Assembly (NCBI GenBank): GCA_008632985.1 | Contig: QPGO01000032.1 | Coordinates: 617,330-639,577, forward strand | From: Psammoneis japonica | Lineage: Eukaryota | Reading direction: 5' to 3' | Length of the DNA: 22,248 bases | Shown: in pieces, positions 1-10,500 of the stretch | How positions within the stretch are numbered: the stretch's first letter is position 1 | Layout: every line of letters begins with the position of its first letter | Position numbers and translations under genes: made by a program | The notes under the pieces: generated by a model | Databases searched by the model: none | What the model saw: only the letters and a program-made list of their open reading frames with translations | What the model was told of the DNA's origin: nothing

Positions 1-276
1 TCGTACGACTGCAATCAGTAATTGCCCAACGAGTCACTGGTGTCGGAAAACGACAGTATACTTATTGCCCGTACTAAGTATGACAACCACTTCGGTCACA
101 ATAAATGTTGTGTGATCACTTATCAAGCGACAATTCGAGAGGTTTTTGGAGACCTCTACTAACCCCGTTGCATTATTTCGTCGAAGCACTTCTCTCACAA
201 AAAATAACCAAAATCATCGCAAAGAGAGAACACTACTTTCGAGAAACCAAAACATTGATACTTCATAAAGAGAACC

Positions 277-1585
277 ATGCGTTTCCTTACCCTTGCTTTC
301 CTGTTGGCTGCTTGTGCCATGGACGTCAGTGGATCGGTCTCTGAGGACAACAATGCCTCAGTAAGTGCTGCAAAAACCGCAGTCATTCTCATTGAATTAT
401 ACCCGTTCTCATTCGAGTTCCTTGCTCGTCTATCAGGTGCAGCTTGAAGACCAACCTGAAGGTGGTCCTGATGTCGAAGAAGAACAAGGTGGTGCTGTCG
501 TCTTGGAAGGAGAAGAGCAAGAACATCGTTATTTACGACGTACGCGCCCGGGACTACCCCCAGGCGTCACATTGATAACGGGTCTCGGGGGCAAGAACAC
601 CTTAATCATGACTGTTTACGTCTGGTACTGGCTGGGGGCGAAAGATTTGTGCATCAATCCTATCGAGTGGTGCAACACTCAAGTTAACGAAAAGTTTGAA
701 TACGCAAAATTGTACCGAGACGAACCTGATAAGAGTGCGGTCTACGCAATGGTGGAAGCTGGAGCCACCTGCTGGGCCCAAGCTAAGGCCCTCACAAGGA
801 TGAATGCCGTGGTTCATGGAAAAGCCGAACTCACCGTCAGGCAAATAGGACGTATCGGGCCAATCCCCGAAGTCAGTTTCAGATCGAGTTTAAGCACGTG
901 TACACTGTCTGTGGCATTCGCTCGAAGTGAGTCCGAAGCTGCAGCTTTTTCTCAAGGGACAGCTGGTGCATCGGTTAGACCGAATGAAATGTGCGAAAGC
1001 CTGCCGCGTAATCACAGGTTTATCGAACATCGTATGTGTACCACTGCAGAGGGAGAAGTGGAAGCTACTGGCGAGGCTGATGCTGTTAGCACCGCTTCCT
1101 CTTTCTCAAGGGCGCTTGCAGAGTCCAGAAATACTCAGTTGGTAAGCGTGATAGCCAAAGGCAGGAGTCTCGATTTCTTTGATGCTGTAGTGATTGGAGG
1201 AGCGTCGAGCTTCACTGCGGTAAAAAGTAAATCGATTACTTCTGCCCTCACCGATGTCGTCGCCTACGCAGATGGTTACACTTGGATTCAAAACTGCATA
1301 GAGTGGTTGGTGGATTACTGTGGTAGCCTCCACTTCCCTTGGTGCGAGCCAGTTAAAATCGGCGAGTATTGTAGAGAAGTAGAAGCAGAGGCCTCTTCCA
1401 GGGTCGGCGCCAATGCCCACGCTTTTTCCAAGGCTGTTGCGAACTCATTCGGGAATCTCGAAATCTCAGTTGCATTTAATGCATACTTGAGACGCGACAG
1501 CTTGACGGGATTTATCGATATGGGCTTGAACACGAATTCTGGCTTTTCTGCAGGAGCCGTTACCACCTGTAAATCTAAGACCTAG
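277..1585 (+). CDS. Secreted hypothetical protein, ~410 aa, 2 exons (277-360, 437-1585); signal peptide, acidic pro-region, RYL motif, Ala/Ser-rich Cys-containing body
   Basis: ATG at 277 opens MRFLTLAFLLAACAMDVSG (signal-peptide-like). GTAAGT donor at 361, pyrimidine-rich tract and TATCAG acceptor at 436. The phase-0 join is in frame with the 365..1585 ORF (VQLEDQ...). Confidence 0.85.
361..436 (+). other. Spliceosomal intron (76 nt, GT-AG)
   Basis: GTAAGT...TATCAG; removal fuses the signal-peptide exon in frame to the long ORF. Confidence 0.85.
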
Positions 1586-2216
1586 AAGGAACGATGGAAT
1601 GTCCTGAGCGATTAGGGGCCATGAGCTCGTCTTTTCGCTGGGTGTTGGATGATTGTTTGGAAGTGCATAGTGCATGTTTAGTGGAGATCAGCAGCATTAG
1701 ATGGATTAGATGGAAGTTACTGAAACGGTCTCATCATGAGTGACACAAGTTCAGAGGAGAAGACGGGCTGAAGCTTGTCTCGCAAATAGATAATACTTAC
1801 CATAGTTAGAAAGCCTTTGTATGTGATTTTCACGTACTTTGTCTTTGTTCACAGACCATTGGATATTGGATCACGCGACGGGATCGCGATGAATTGCGGT
1901 GCGCGGTGCCCAATAAGCAGTTTCTCTTGTTCGTGCTGTACGAGCTAATCACGGAGAAATTGGAGAAGATCGGATTCTTAGTAGGCTGTCGGTACGCTGT
2001 TAGAGGCCAACTCCATCTCCAGCTATTGCGTTCGCTACGAAATGTCACCGAAGTAGGAACCTCAACAGCGCATTGATAAACGTTTGAACTTGATTGTGAG
2101 CATAGTCCCGATCCGCCGACCGCTACCAATCCAACAGGGACGATGATGGTGTTTTAGACTCTCTACTCTCTAGCCCTATTCACACAAAGAGATTCACCCT
2201 CTATTTTGAGAGTTAC

Positions 2217-2257
2217 TAATTCCTCACCACGGAAATCCTCACCAAATCCTCACCACG
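2217..2257 (+). repeat. Left terminal inverted repeat (3x TCCTCACCA subrepeat)
   Basis: TAATTCCTCACCACGGAAATCCTCACCAAATCCTCACCACG is the reverse complement of 15712-15752 with 2 mismatches. Confidence 0.92.
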
Positions 2258-4921
2258 CCTGTCGGCCATCCGTTCTCACGAATCCTTCCCACCGCTCCCG
2301 TACAATTTGTACTGAGCATTGCGTACAACAAATCATTTAACCCGATTTCTTTTCAGTCATTGTCTTTTATGCCATAGCCTAAATAATGCTCGCACATAGT
2401 GCTCCAAATTATTACGAGAGTCGCTAAGAAATGACCTTATTGAATGACATCCCATTCCTCTTCCTGGTATAAACCAACGTAGAAATCACGTAGCTACCTC
2501 CATTAGGACTTCACGAATTTTCCTACTCGAATCATCTGCTGCCGCGTATACACACCGTACAATGAATGCACCGCCGCGAAGTGCATGTCTCCATTGCTGT
2601 CGATGCTGCATGATTGTTGTTACAAGCCAAAACCTCCATTACCCGACAACAGCAGTCGATCTGGGATATGTCACGATGCGCTTGATTCAATGATGATGCT
2701 GGATTTGTGGTGTGTTGTCGACTTTGACCAATGGTGTGTGGCCGATTCGTGATGGCATGCGTGTTTCCTTTGCACACTCGACCGCATTGTTGCTTTCTGA
2801 ATTGCTTCTTCGACCTTCTTCTCTACATCATTCTATATATCACGGATCATTTCTACTCTTACAGACCTTGGCATGTTTGCCAATGATCCAGATGTGTTCT
2901 CCAGGAAACAATTTTTTGGTTTTGTGTTTGGCTGGAAACAACAAACAATGGACGATTGGGTTCCGTCGTTGGCATGTTAGATCATTTTAAACTTGGTGGG
3001 GTGTTGCATCATCTGTCACTGAATTGGCCTGTCCAGTGAATTCCCATGGAATGCCGAATGTCCCAAAAGGCGCTTGGATGGAATGCTGAGTGAGTCCCGA
3101 GTCCGAGACGGCAGGCTGGCTCAGTTGCAGCGGCAATGGAACAAGTCTTGCTGCGGATTCTGCCTTCATTTCGCATGTGACATGGTTGGTTTTGCTTTTT
3201 GATGCAAAAGTGACGATGGCAGTGGTGGCAAACAAAGCATTGGTAAAATCTTCGTCTGGCTCTGCGCGCGTTCCTAGAAATGTGCACTCGAGACAGGTGT
3301 CTTGAGCGTCTTCGGTGCAATGGAGCGATCGATGGATGACAACACCACTCATGTTTTTGGGCATTGATTGAGAAATAAGTTGCTCATCCGATTGAGCTCT
3401 TGGGATTGCAGGGAACACTTGAGGATTCAGAAGCTGGGCCTGCAACGTTTCGCGTTCTGGTCGTGATCCGGGTGCCAGTGGTGGTCTCTTGCACTTGTGG
3501 AGACTTGGGCAAGTGCGAATGGTGTGCTTTGGTTTTGCACAAGCACTGCATGCATTCTTCCTTTTCTTTGGCGGTTGAAGACATTCACCATCGTTGGAAG
3601 ATCTTGTGGAGCAACGGTTGCTCGGTGCACCGTGGTGTCGGTTGGAGCCATTTGATGCATGCATCGCGTCACGCCGGAGTTCTTGCCGGGACCTCTTGCG
3701 TCTTTGGCGGCTTGCTTGTGGCATTGCTTGCAGGATGCCAGGCAGTGGAGCAGCTGCTGGATTTTCAACAACTTCTGACATTGCAGTGTCGAAGGTGGCG
3801 TGGATGCTCATCCCGCGTCTCGCCCTGTCCGCCATTGTTTGGAGCAATGAGGAAAGAGCGGCCATGTTAGATTGGTCGCCTTGAACTAACCCAATGAGGT
3901 TGGATGCTTGGAATGTCAAATCTTGGCAGGTGTGAGATGCGGTGTTAGTTCCTCTTTGTTGCAGTCGTCTCCCGCCAAATCACCTGACACAGTTCTGTCA
4001 TCATCTTCGTCTGAGGTGATGTCCCGGTCGTCATCCAAGGTCGGCGAACTGTGTTGTTGGGTCTCTTTGCGGTCGTACAACAAATCTCCATCATTGGAAT
4101 CGCCATTGTTCAATGTCGTCTCATTGTTCTCATGATTTGGCATTGCGACTGAGTGTGCTTGCTCCGACAGCCATCGATTTGACCATTTGGATGTGTCGAG
4201 CTTGCCGTCGGCTTTGAGTTCGTGTCCGCATTGATGGCCAAAGGCCACTCTCTCATGACATGGGCATCGCATTCCTTGTTGGATCAACACAGATTCTTTG
4301 CAGGTTGACTCTTTCCCACAAGGCCAAACGTTCATTGCGTTGTTTTCTGCCATCACTGCTTGCAGCTTCCTGCTCTTGTTCATCGCAGCGATGTGCAAGT
4401 TCTTGCATGCACACCTGGAGAACGTGCTCTTCGCCAACTCATCATCCACACCAGCTTGACCTTGGTGGCTGGACTTGCACCTTGAGGAAACCACATGAAG
4501 ATTGTCCTCCTCTTTTCTCCGCTTGCGGGTGAGCATTTCCTGGCGCTCTGGCAGGTGCTTCAGGTGCTCGGCGACAGACCAGCTGGCGCCCGCACCAAGG
4601 TGAGCAACAATGCTTGCATGATTTTGTTCTGCAGCAACAGAACCCTCAAGATTTAGATTCATTTCCTGTTGCCGCAGATGACACCCGGCGCAATGCTCAG
4701 GCTTGTCATGAATGGAACAAAGCAGTTGCAGTTTTGCAGCATCGGCCTTCATGACCTCCTTGGCAGCATGGTGCGCAGCATCCCACTCCTCTTGTGTTTT
4801 GGATTGGAGCATTGCACAGAGTTGATTCCGGATTTGCATGCAGCACACCAATCCAAAGCCTTCGTCACTCGGGAATGCTTCCTCTGGCAAGTGACAGTGG
4901 TCTCCTTGTAGAATGATTTGA

Positions 4922-5267
4922 GGGACAATGGGAATCATTTGAAAATGTTGCAAGAGTCACAATTGGCATTTTACACAGGGAAAAACACCAAATCGTGCAG
5001 AAATGCGCACAATGTCATGCGAGAGGGTGACCAGTGCTGCCAACTTTTCGGGAACTCAATTGAAATGTCATCTGACCAAGGGCATTTTGATTTAGATGGT
5101 GAAGAGCAACACCCTTGGTCAGACAACATTTCAATTGATTTCCCGAGGAGTTGATGTTCGAATGTGGAAGGGTTGACAGACTGATGACAAACATTTCTGG
5201 TGCTCTCCTGCACAATTTCTACGTGATGACTCTGAGAGCCGAATGATTCCTGTTGGGCGTTGGTCCC
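4922..5267. mobile_element. Non-autonomous MITE-like insertion (346 bp) inside the transposase gene
   Basis: Ends GGGAC..GGAATCATT / AATGATTCC..GTCCC are inverted and flanked by TTTGA direct repeats (4917-4921, 5268-5272). Excision restores the frame ...FIDALQAQ|IILQGDHCH.... Confidence 0.85.
5041..5153. repeat. Internal 46-bp inverted repeat (5041-5086 / 5108-5153) with 21-nt spacer
   Basis: CAACTTTTCGGGAACTCAATTGAAATGTCATCTGACCAAGGGCATT pairs with AACACCCTTGGTCAGACAACATTTCAATTGATTTCCCGAGGAGTTG. Confidence 0.9.
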
Positions 5268-6303
5268 TTTGAGCTTGAAGTGCATCAATGAAGCATTGCG
5301 TCATGTGCTGGTCCGCAAATGTCATTCTCATGCTGTCAAAGCTCCAGCGTGGCTCCATTTCGGAAGCAGAAAGCAGCACCCAGCAATGGCACTTGTGTGC
5401 TTCTTCGATGCAAACACACTCTGTCACACATCGAACTTTCATTTCGCAGTCCTTTGCAGCGGGCCCAATGTGCGGCCATCCTTGATTGTTGCACTGCCTT
5501 TTCTGGCTGTCCAGGAACAGGATGTCACCACACCGAATCAAATTGCATCGCATTTCTGCTGTCATGTGGCAAACAGCTTCAGGGCGGCCGGTCGCATCAT
5601 GCTTCAAGCGGAAGTCAAAACCGATCAGTGTTTTCTTCAAATCTTGTAAATGGCAAAGCGCATCCCATGTCGAGCCGTCTTCTTGCATTGTCTTCTTTGG
5701 CATGTTTCTCAGATTGACTCTGGTCAAAGAGCTGTCAGCCACAACCAGCTCATTAGCCGCAATTGGTTTCTTGGATGCAAGTCGCTTTAAATCATCAAAG
5801 GACACTTCTTCGTCTTCCTCATTGTTCAGAATCCAGGTGGCTACATGGCTTCGGAAGTTGCTGATGCATTTTGCATCGGCATCAACATGCAAAGGCAAAC
5901 ACTTCATCAGTTTTGGGCGGAGGTCTTCTGCTTTCATGGATGGCTTGATTCGGAGATCCTCTACAATGCTTTGGAGCCCTGCCAAGCTAGGTTGAGTTCC
6001 GCCGCTTGCTTGTTTTGCCTTGCGATGGAACACTGTGTTCAGCTCGCACGTGTGCTGATGCACTGCTGCTGTCATCTTCACTTTGTAGAAAATGTCAGGT
6101 CTCAATTTGTTTGTGAAAGGATCCTTCTTCTTTTCCACAAAGCCATGCATGACACCAAACGGGCGTTTGCACTGGCTTTTCATGGTTGGGCCGACTTTTT
6201 GTTGATTTGATCGGTCAACAAGTGGCACAAGCTTCTTTTTCTTCTTGGATTCAGAGAAGTGGCAACCAGTGGTCTTGCGCTCATGCACGCCCATGGCCCC
6301 CCA

Positions 6304-6579
6304 AGACAGGATTTGAACAGGATTTAGGTGCGCGCGAAATGTCGCGCGCTGTTCAGTTTACCGCGCACAGTTTTGTGTGCTTCAGTTCCGCGCGTTCGCG
6401 CGCGATGCAGTTTGCTTTCGAGCCACAAGGCTCACAAGAACAATGACAGCAGCCCGATCACACCGACTCACACGTCTTTCGGCTCCTGTGACGGTCTCTG
6501 AGCGGAGACTCATCTGCCATTTAGACAGCAGCAAGGAGTCATTGTTTGAATTCTTGCCATTTGCCTTCAATTTCTGTCA
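6304..6579 (+). repeat. 5' LTR (276 bp, AGACAG...CTGTCA)
   Basis: Gap-free alignment with 13087-13362, 21 mismatches by manual count. Confidence 0.96.
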
Positions 6580-6590
6580 GATTAACAGTC
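6580..6590 (+). promoter_or_regulatory. Putative primer-binding site GATTAACAGTC, complementary to a tRNA-Asn(GTT) anticodon arm
   Basis: Directly follows the LTR-terminal CA. Reverse complement GA-CT-GTT-AA-TC has anticodon-loop geometry. Confidence 0.6.
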
Positions 6591-7518
6591 TTGCTCATTG
6601 TCAACCCATTGAGCAACCGCCATCGTCGTCGTTGATTTACCAACGACGCCATTTCAATTCCACGTGGACCTCCGTGTGTGTTCTACATACATCGGCAAGT
6701 CTGCGCACATTCAATGCCAGGGCATCGGCAGGAAGTTAACGTCACCGTCAAGTCTCCTCACCGCTGGACATCTGGATTGATTGTGCTGCCTTTGATCGCT
6801 GAAGACATGCATTCAACGGTCATGTCCAAGTCTATCCTTGATCCTCATCCCTTGATGTGCCTGTTCATCGGTTGACGGTCAAGAACCCCACATGTTCAAG
6901 GATCTTCGTCGCTGAAGACACACACATGTGTGCATGTCTTCACGGCCAAGAACCTGCACCCACTCTTCGGACTGCGGTTTTGCTGCCACTCTACAAGCAC
7001 ACCGAGTCCATTGCACCTGATCTGCCCCGGACTGCTGGTGCTCCACAGTTCTGCCAGGTCCACAAGGATGACTGTGAGAGCAAGCAGCCATGATTGCAGC
7101 CTGCGTTGGGGCGAGGGTGCTTTCCCGCGTTTGTTCGTTCGTCCACAGCGCCTGACGCCTGTGTCAACTGGCCAGCCTGATCGGGAAATCCAACCGACAT
7201 AAAACAAGAACGGTTCGGGGGTCTTGTCCACCTCCAGTCAGCTCACCTGCAGGGGTTTACAACCCGCTGCTCCGCTCGCAAGCAACCCAAAGCACCACTG
7301 GCTGCGGGTTCGGACGTGCCGGCACAACTCTACGGACCGGACAGGAAGTTTAGCACTTGACAACGAACGGGATGGCAAAGCCCGGCGACTTCTGATTTTA
7401 AGATAGATCAAGATTTCAAGTCAAGTCTGTTTCAAGTCAAGTCCATTCTCACCCAAGCTTCAAGCCCACCTTTGCTTCCCAACAAGAATTGCTTGTCCTG
7501 ACACCACTTTTGTCTGCC

Positions 7519-10500
7519 ATGGTTCTCACTCGTCAGCAACAAACCGATGGTTTCGAGCACGTTGTTGGAACCGTGCTTGCCCAAGGTGCTGGGAGCCCTC
7601 TCCATTTGGCTTTGGCACAAGACGGCACGGACTCACATCAAGAACTGTTCACGTTCACACCGTCCCAAATCGACTCGCTTGAGTGCGACAACGGCACCAA
7701 TGTGATCCCTTTGCCCTGTGGTTATAAGAACATGTCAGCAGCTCTGGTTGGTCTGCACATTGTCAAAGCACACAAAGGTCTTGACGTTGCCAATGACTCC
7801 TCGTTGTTCACGCATGACGAGTTCCTTGCCTGCCGCCTCAGCCCCGACTGCATGTCTTCTGTGTCCATCGGCAGCTCACCCCTCGCACCTCCGCATGTCA
7901 CCAACCCGACCAAGGCACGCGACCCGGTGCGGGACTTCAAGCGAGGCATCAAGCGTGATCCCACTGCTTTCACGGCTCTCAAATCTGACAAGCAGTGGCA
8001 CACTTGGCACACCTCACTTGTGGCACAAGCCCGTGCCCAAGACGTCGAGTGCATTCTAGACTCGTCGTACAAACCGACCAGCCCCGAAGACAAACTGCTC
8101 TTTGCTGAACAGCAAAAGCACATGTTCGCCGTCTTCGAATGCATCCTTCTCACCGACAAGGGCAAGGCTCTCATCCGCGAAAATGTGGGGTCTTCTGACG
8201 CACAGACCGTCTGCCGTGCCTTGTCTGAGTGCACGCTCGCCTCCACCCGTGCATCTGTCGAGTCCTCCACCCTGCCAATGTGCCTTGCCACCGCACGTGT
8301 TGGTGATGGCACTTGGAAAGGTCCGACCCACGGGTTCATCCTTCATTGGCAAGATCAGTTGCGCAAGTGCGAGGCACTCATCCCAGCCAGTGACCACTTC
8401 TCTGAAGGACAGAAGCGCGTCATGCTCGAGAATGCCGTGCACCCTGTCGAGGAACTCCGTGCTGTCAAGAACCAAGCTGATCAGCATCGTGCGCAGAGTG
8501 GCAAGAGCCTCACATGCGATCAACACTGTGGCTTGCTCCTCTCCGTGGCAGCCCAATGCGACAGTGCGTTTCAACCCAAGACGACACCTCAAGCTCCCCG
8601 CCGCGCCACATGCGCACACGACGTCTGCTCCGAGGAACCGTCCGACGATGTGTTCTACGACATTGACAGTGACATTGACATCCTTCAGGCCAATGCTGCC
8701 TGCACCCGTGGTCCCAGCCTCACCGGTGACCAATGGAAACGTCTCCCTCCCGACCACCAACGGATTTGGGATTCGTTGCCCCATTCCTCCAAGGCGATCA
8801 TCCTTGAGCATTCTCGTCCGCCTCCCCGTAACCCGCGAGACAGCAACTGCCATGAGTCCATTACGGCCAACCTTCACGACCAACGCCTTGGGAGTGACGG
8901 TGATGTCAACTTGTCCAACACGACTCCTGCTGACTCTGGTGACTCCGCTCCAAATGTGGGTGCCACTTCGGATGATCCCATCCTGGCGCACCTCACCAAG
9001 CGCAAGCCACTGCACCGTCTGTTGTCTCCTAACCAAGCCCCCAATGCCAGTCGACTGGGGCCATCCGCCGCTCCCTCTGCCCCGCCAGCTTCTGCCGATG
9101 ACATGGAACTTAACGGCCGCACTTGCCGCCGCGTCAACAACCACAATGTCATTTGCTCTGCCTCTGCTCATCGCTCCACATGCACTGGCGCTCTAGTCGA
9201 TCGTGGGGCCAACGGCGGCATTGCTGGCAACGACGTTCGCGTCATTGCACGCACCTCTCGCCAAGTCGACGTTCAGGGCATTGACGACCATCAATTGGTG
9301 GACATCCCCATTGTCACTGCTGGTGCCGTCATTGAGACCCAGCGTGGTCCCGTCATCGCCATCCTCCATCAGTGCGCATGCACGGGCAAGGGCAAGACCA
9401 TCCACTCCTGCGGCCAGCTCGAATGGCACAAACAGGATGTCAACGATCGCTCTGTCAAGGTGCCCAACGGCTTGCAATGTGTTGCCACTCCTGATGGCCA
9501 TGTCATCCCCATTGACATCAAGGCCGGCCTGCCTCATGTTGCCATGCGACCTTGCACTGACGCCGAATGGGACACCCTGCCCCATGTCATCCTCACCGGT
9601 GATGACACATGGGATCCTTCCGTCCTCGATCACTCTGTCGCTGATGATGACCAGTGGTGCGACGCGATCTCTGACCTGCAGGACGATCCCACTGCCAACC
9701 TGTTTGACGAATGCGGCAACTGCCGTCATCATGTCGTTGTCAACGAGACCATCATGTCTGCTTCCTTGTCTGCCGATCACGCGTCCACCCTCGATGATCA
9801 CCTCATTCCGAACGACGACGTGTTCTGCGAGTGTCATCCACACGCGATTGACCCCAAGGACGACGACGTCCCGCCCCCGGAGCGCACTGCACAGCCCAAG
9901 GACCCGCCCTTCGAGTCTCTTCGGCCTTGCTTTGGCTTCCCACCTGCCGACACGGTCCGTCATGCTTTTGACTGCACCACGCAGTGCGCCCGCATGCCCA
10001 CCGGTGCACACCTTAGGAAGGCCTGCAAATCACCCAACCCCACCCTCAATGTGCACCGCCGCAACGAGCCTGTTGCCACTGACACCGTTTGTGCCGACAC
10101 CCCGGCCGTCGACTCTGGTTGCACCAGTGCCCAACTGTTTGTTGGCACCGAGTCTACCGTCACTGACGTCTGCGGCACCAAGACGGACAAAGAGTTTGTC
10201 AACACACTCGAGGATCAGATCCGTGAGCGTGGTGCCCCATCCAAACTCATTGGCGACCGCGCTCAAGTTGAGATCAGCAACAAAGTGCTCGGGATCCTGT
10301 GGGCCCTCTTCATCTCCAGCTGGCAAAGTGAGCCTCACCAGCAACACCAAAACTTTGCCGAGCGTCGACACCAGACCGTGAAGCGCATGGCGAACACTGT
10401 CATGGATCGTTTTGGTTCGCCCGCCCACACATGGCTGCTGGTGCTCATGCATGTGTGCTTCACACTCAACCACACAGCATCCCCACGTCTCCACTGGCAC

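Larger units (their letters stand above)
2987..6303 (-). pseudogene. MULE transposase, central and C-terminal part (interrupted by the MITE at 4922-5267; frameshift near 3920)
   Basis: ORFs 5131..6294, 3916..4953 and 2987..3919 give, in order: a WRKY/GCM1-like remnant (..HQHTC), the MULE DDE core (GDILFLD..GWPHIGP, FADQ, GDHCH, SVAAEQNHASI), a SWIM finger (CPCHERVAFGHQCGH) and a CCHC knuckle (CSACAKPKHTIRTC). Confidence 0.88.

Noticed and set aside
2217..2257. TCCTCACCA repeats as telomeric or CRISPR repeats
   Set aside because: Only three units, no spacers, and mirrored at 15712-15752, so they are TIR subrepeats.
2260..2986. Possible third gene remnant in the left arm of the MULE
   Set aside because: Only short, stop-interrupted frames with no recognisable motif.
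4917..4921. MITE TSD as a mutated TTA (PIF/Harbinger type)
   Set aside because: An ancestral TTA here would be an in-frame TAA in the minus-strand transposase, so it is not supported.
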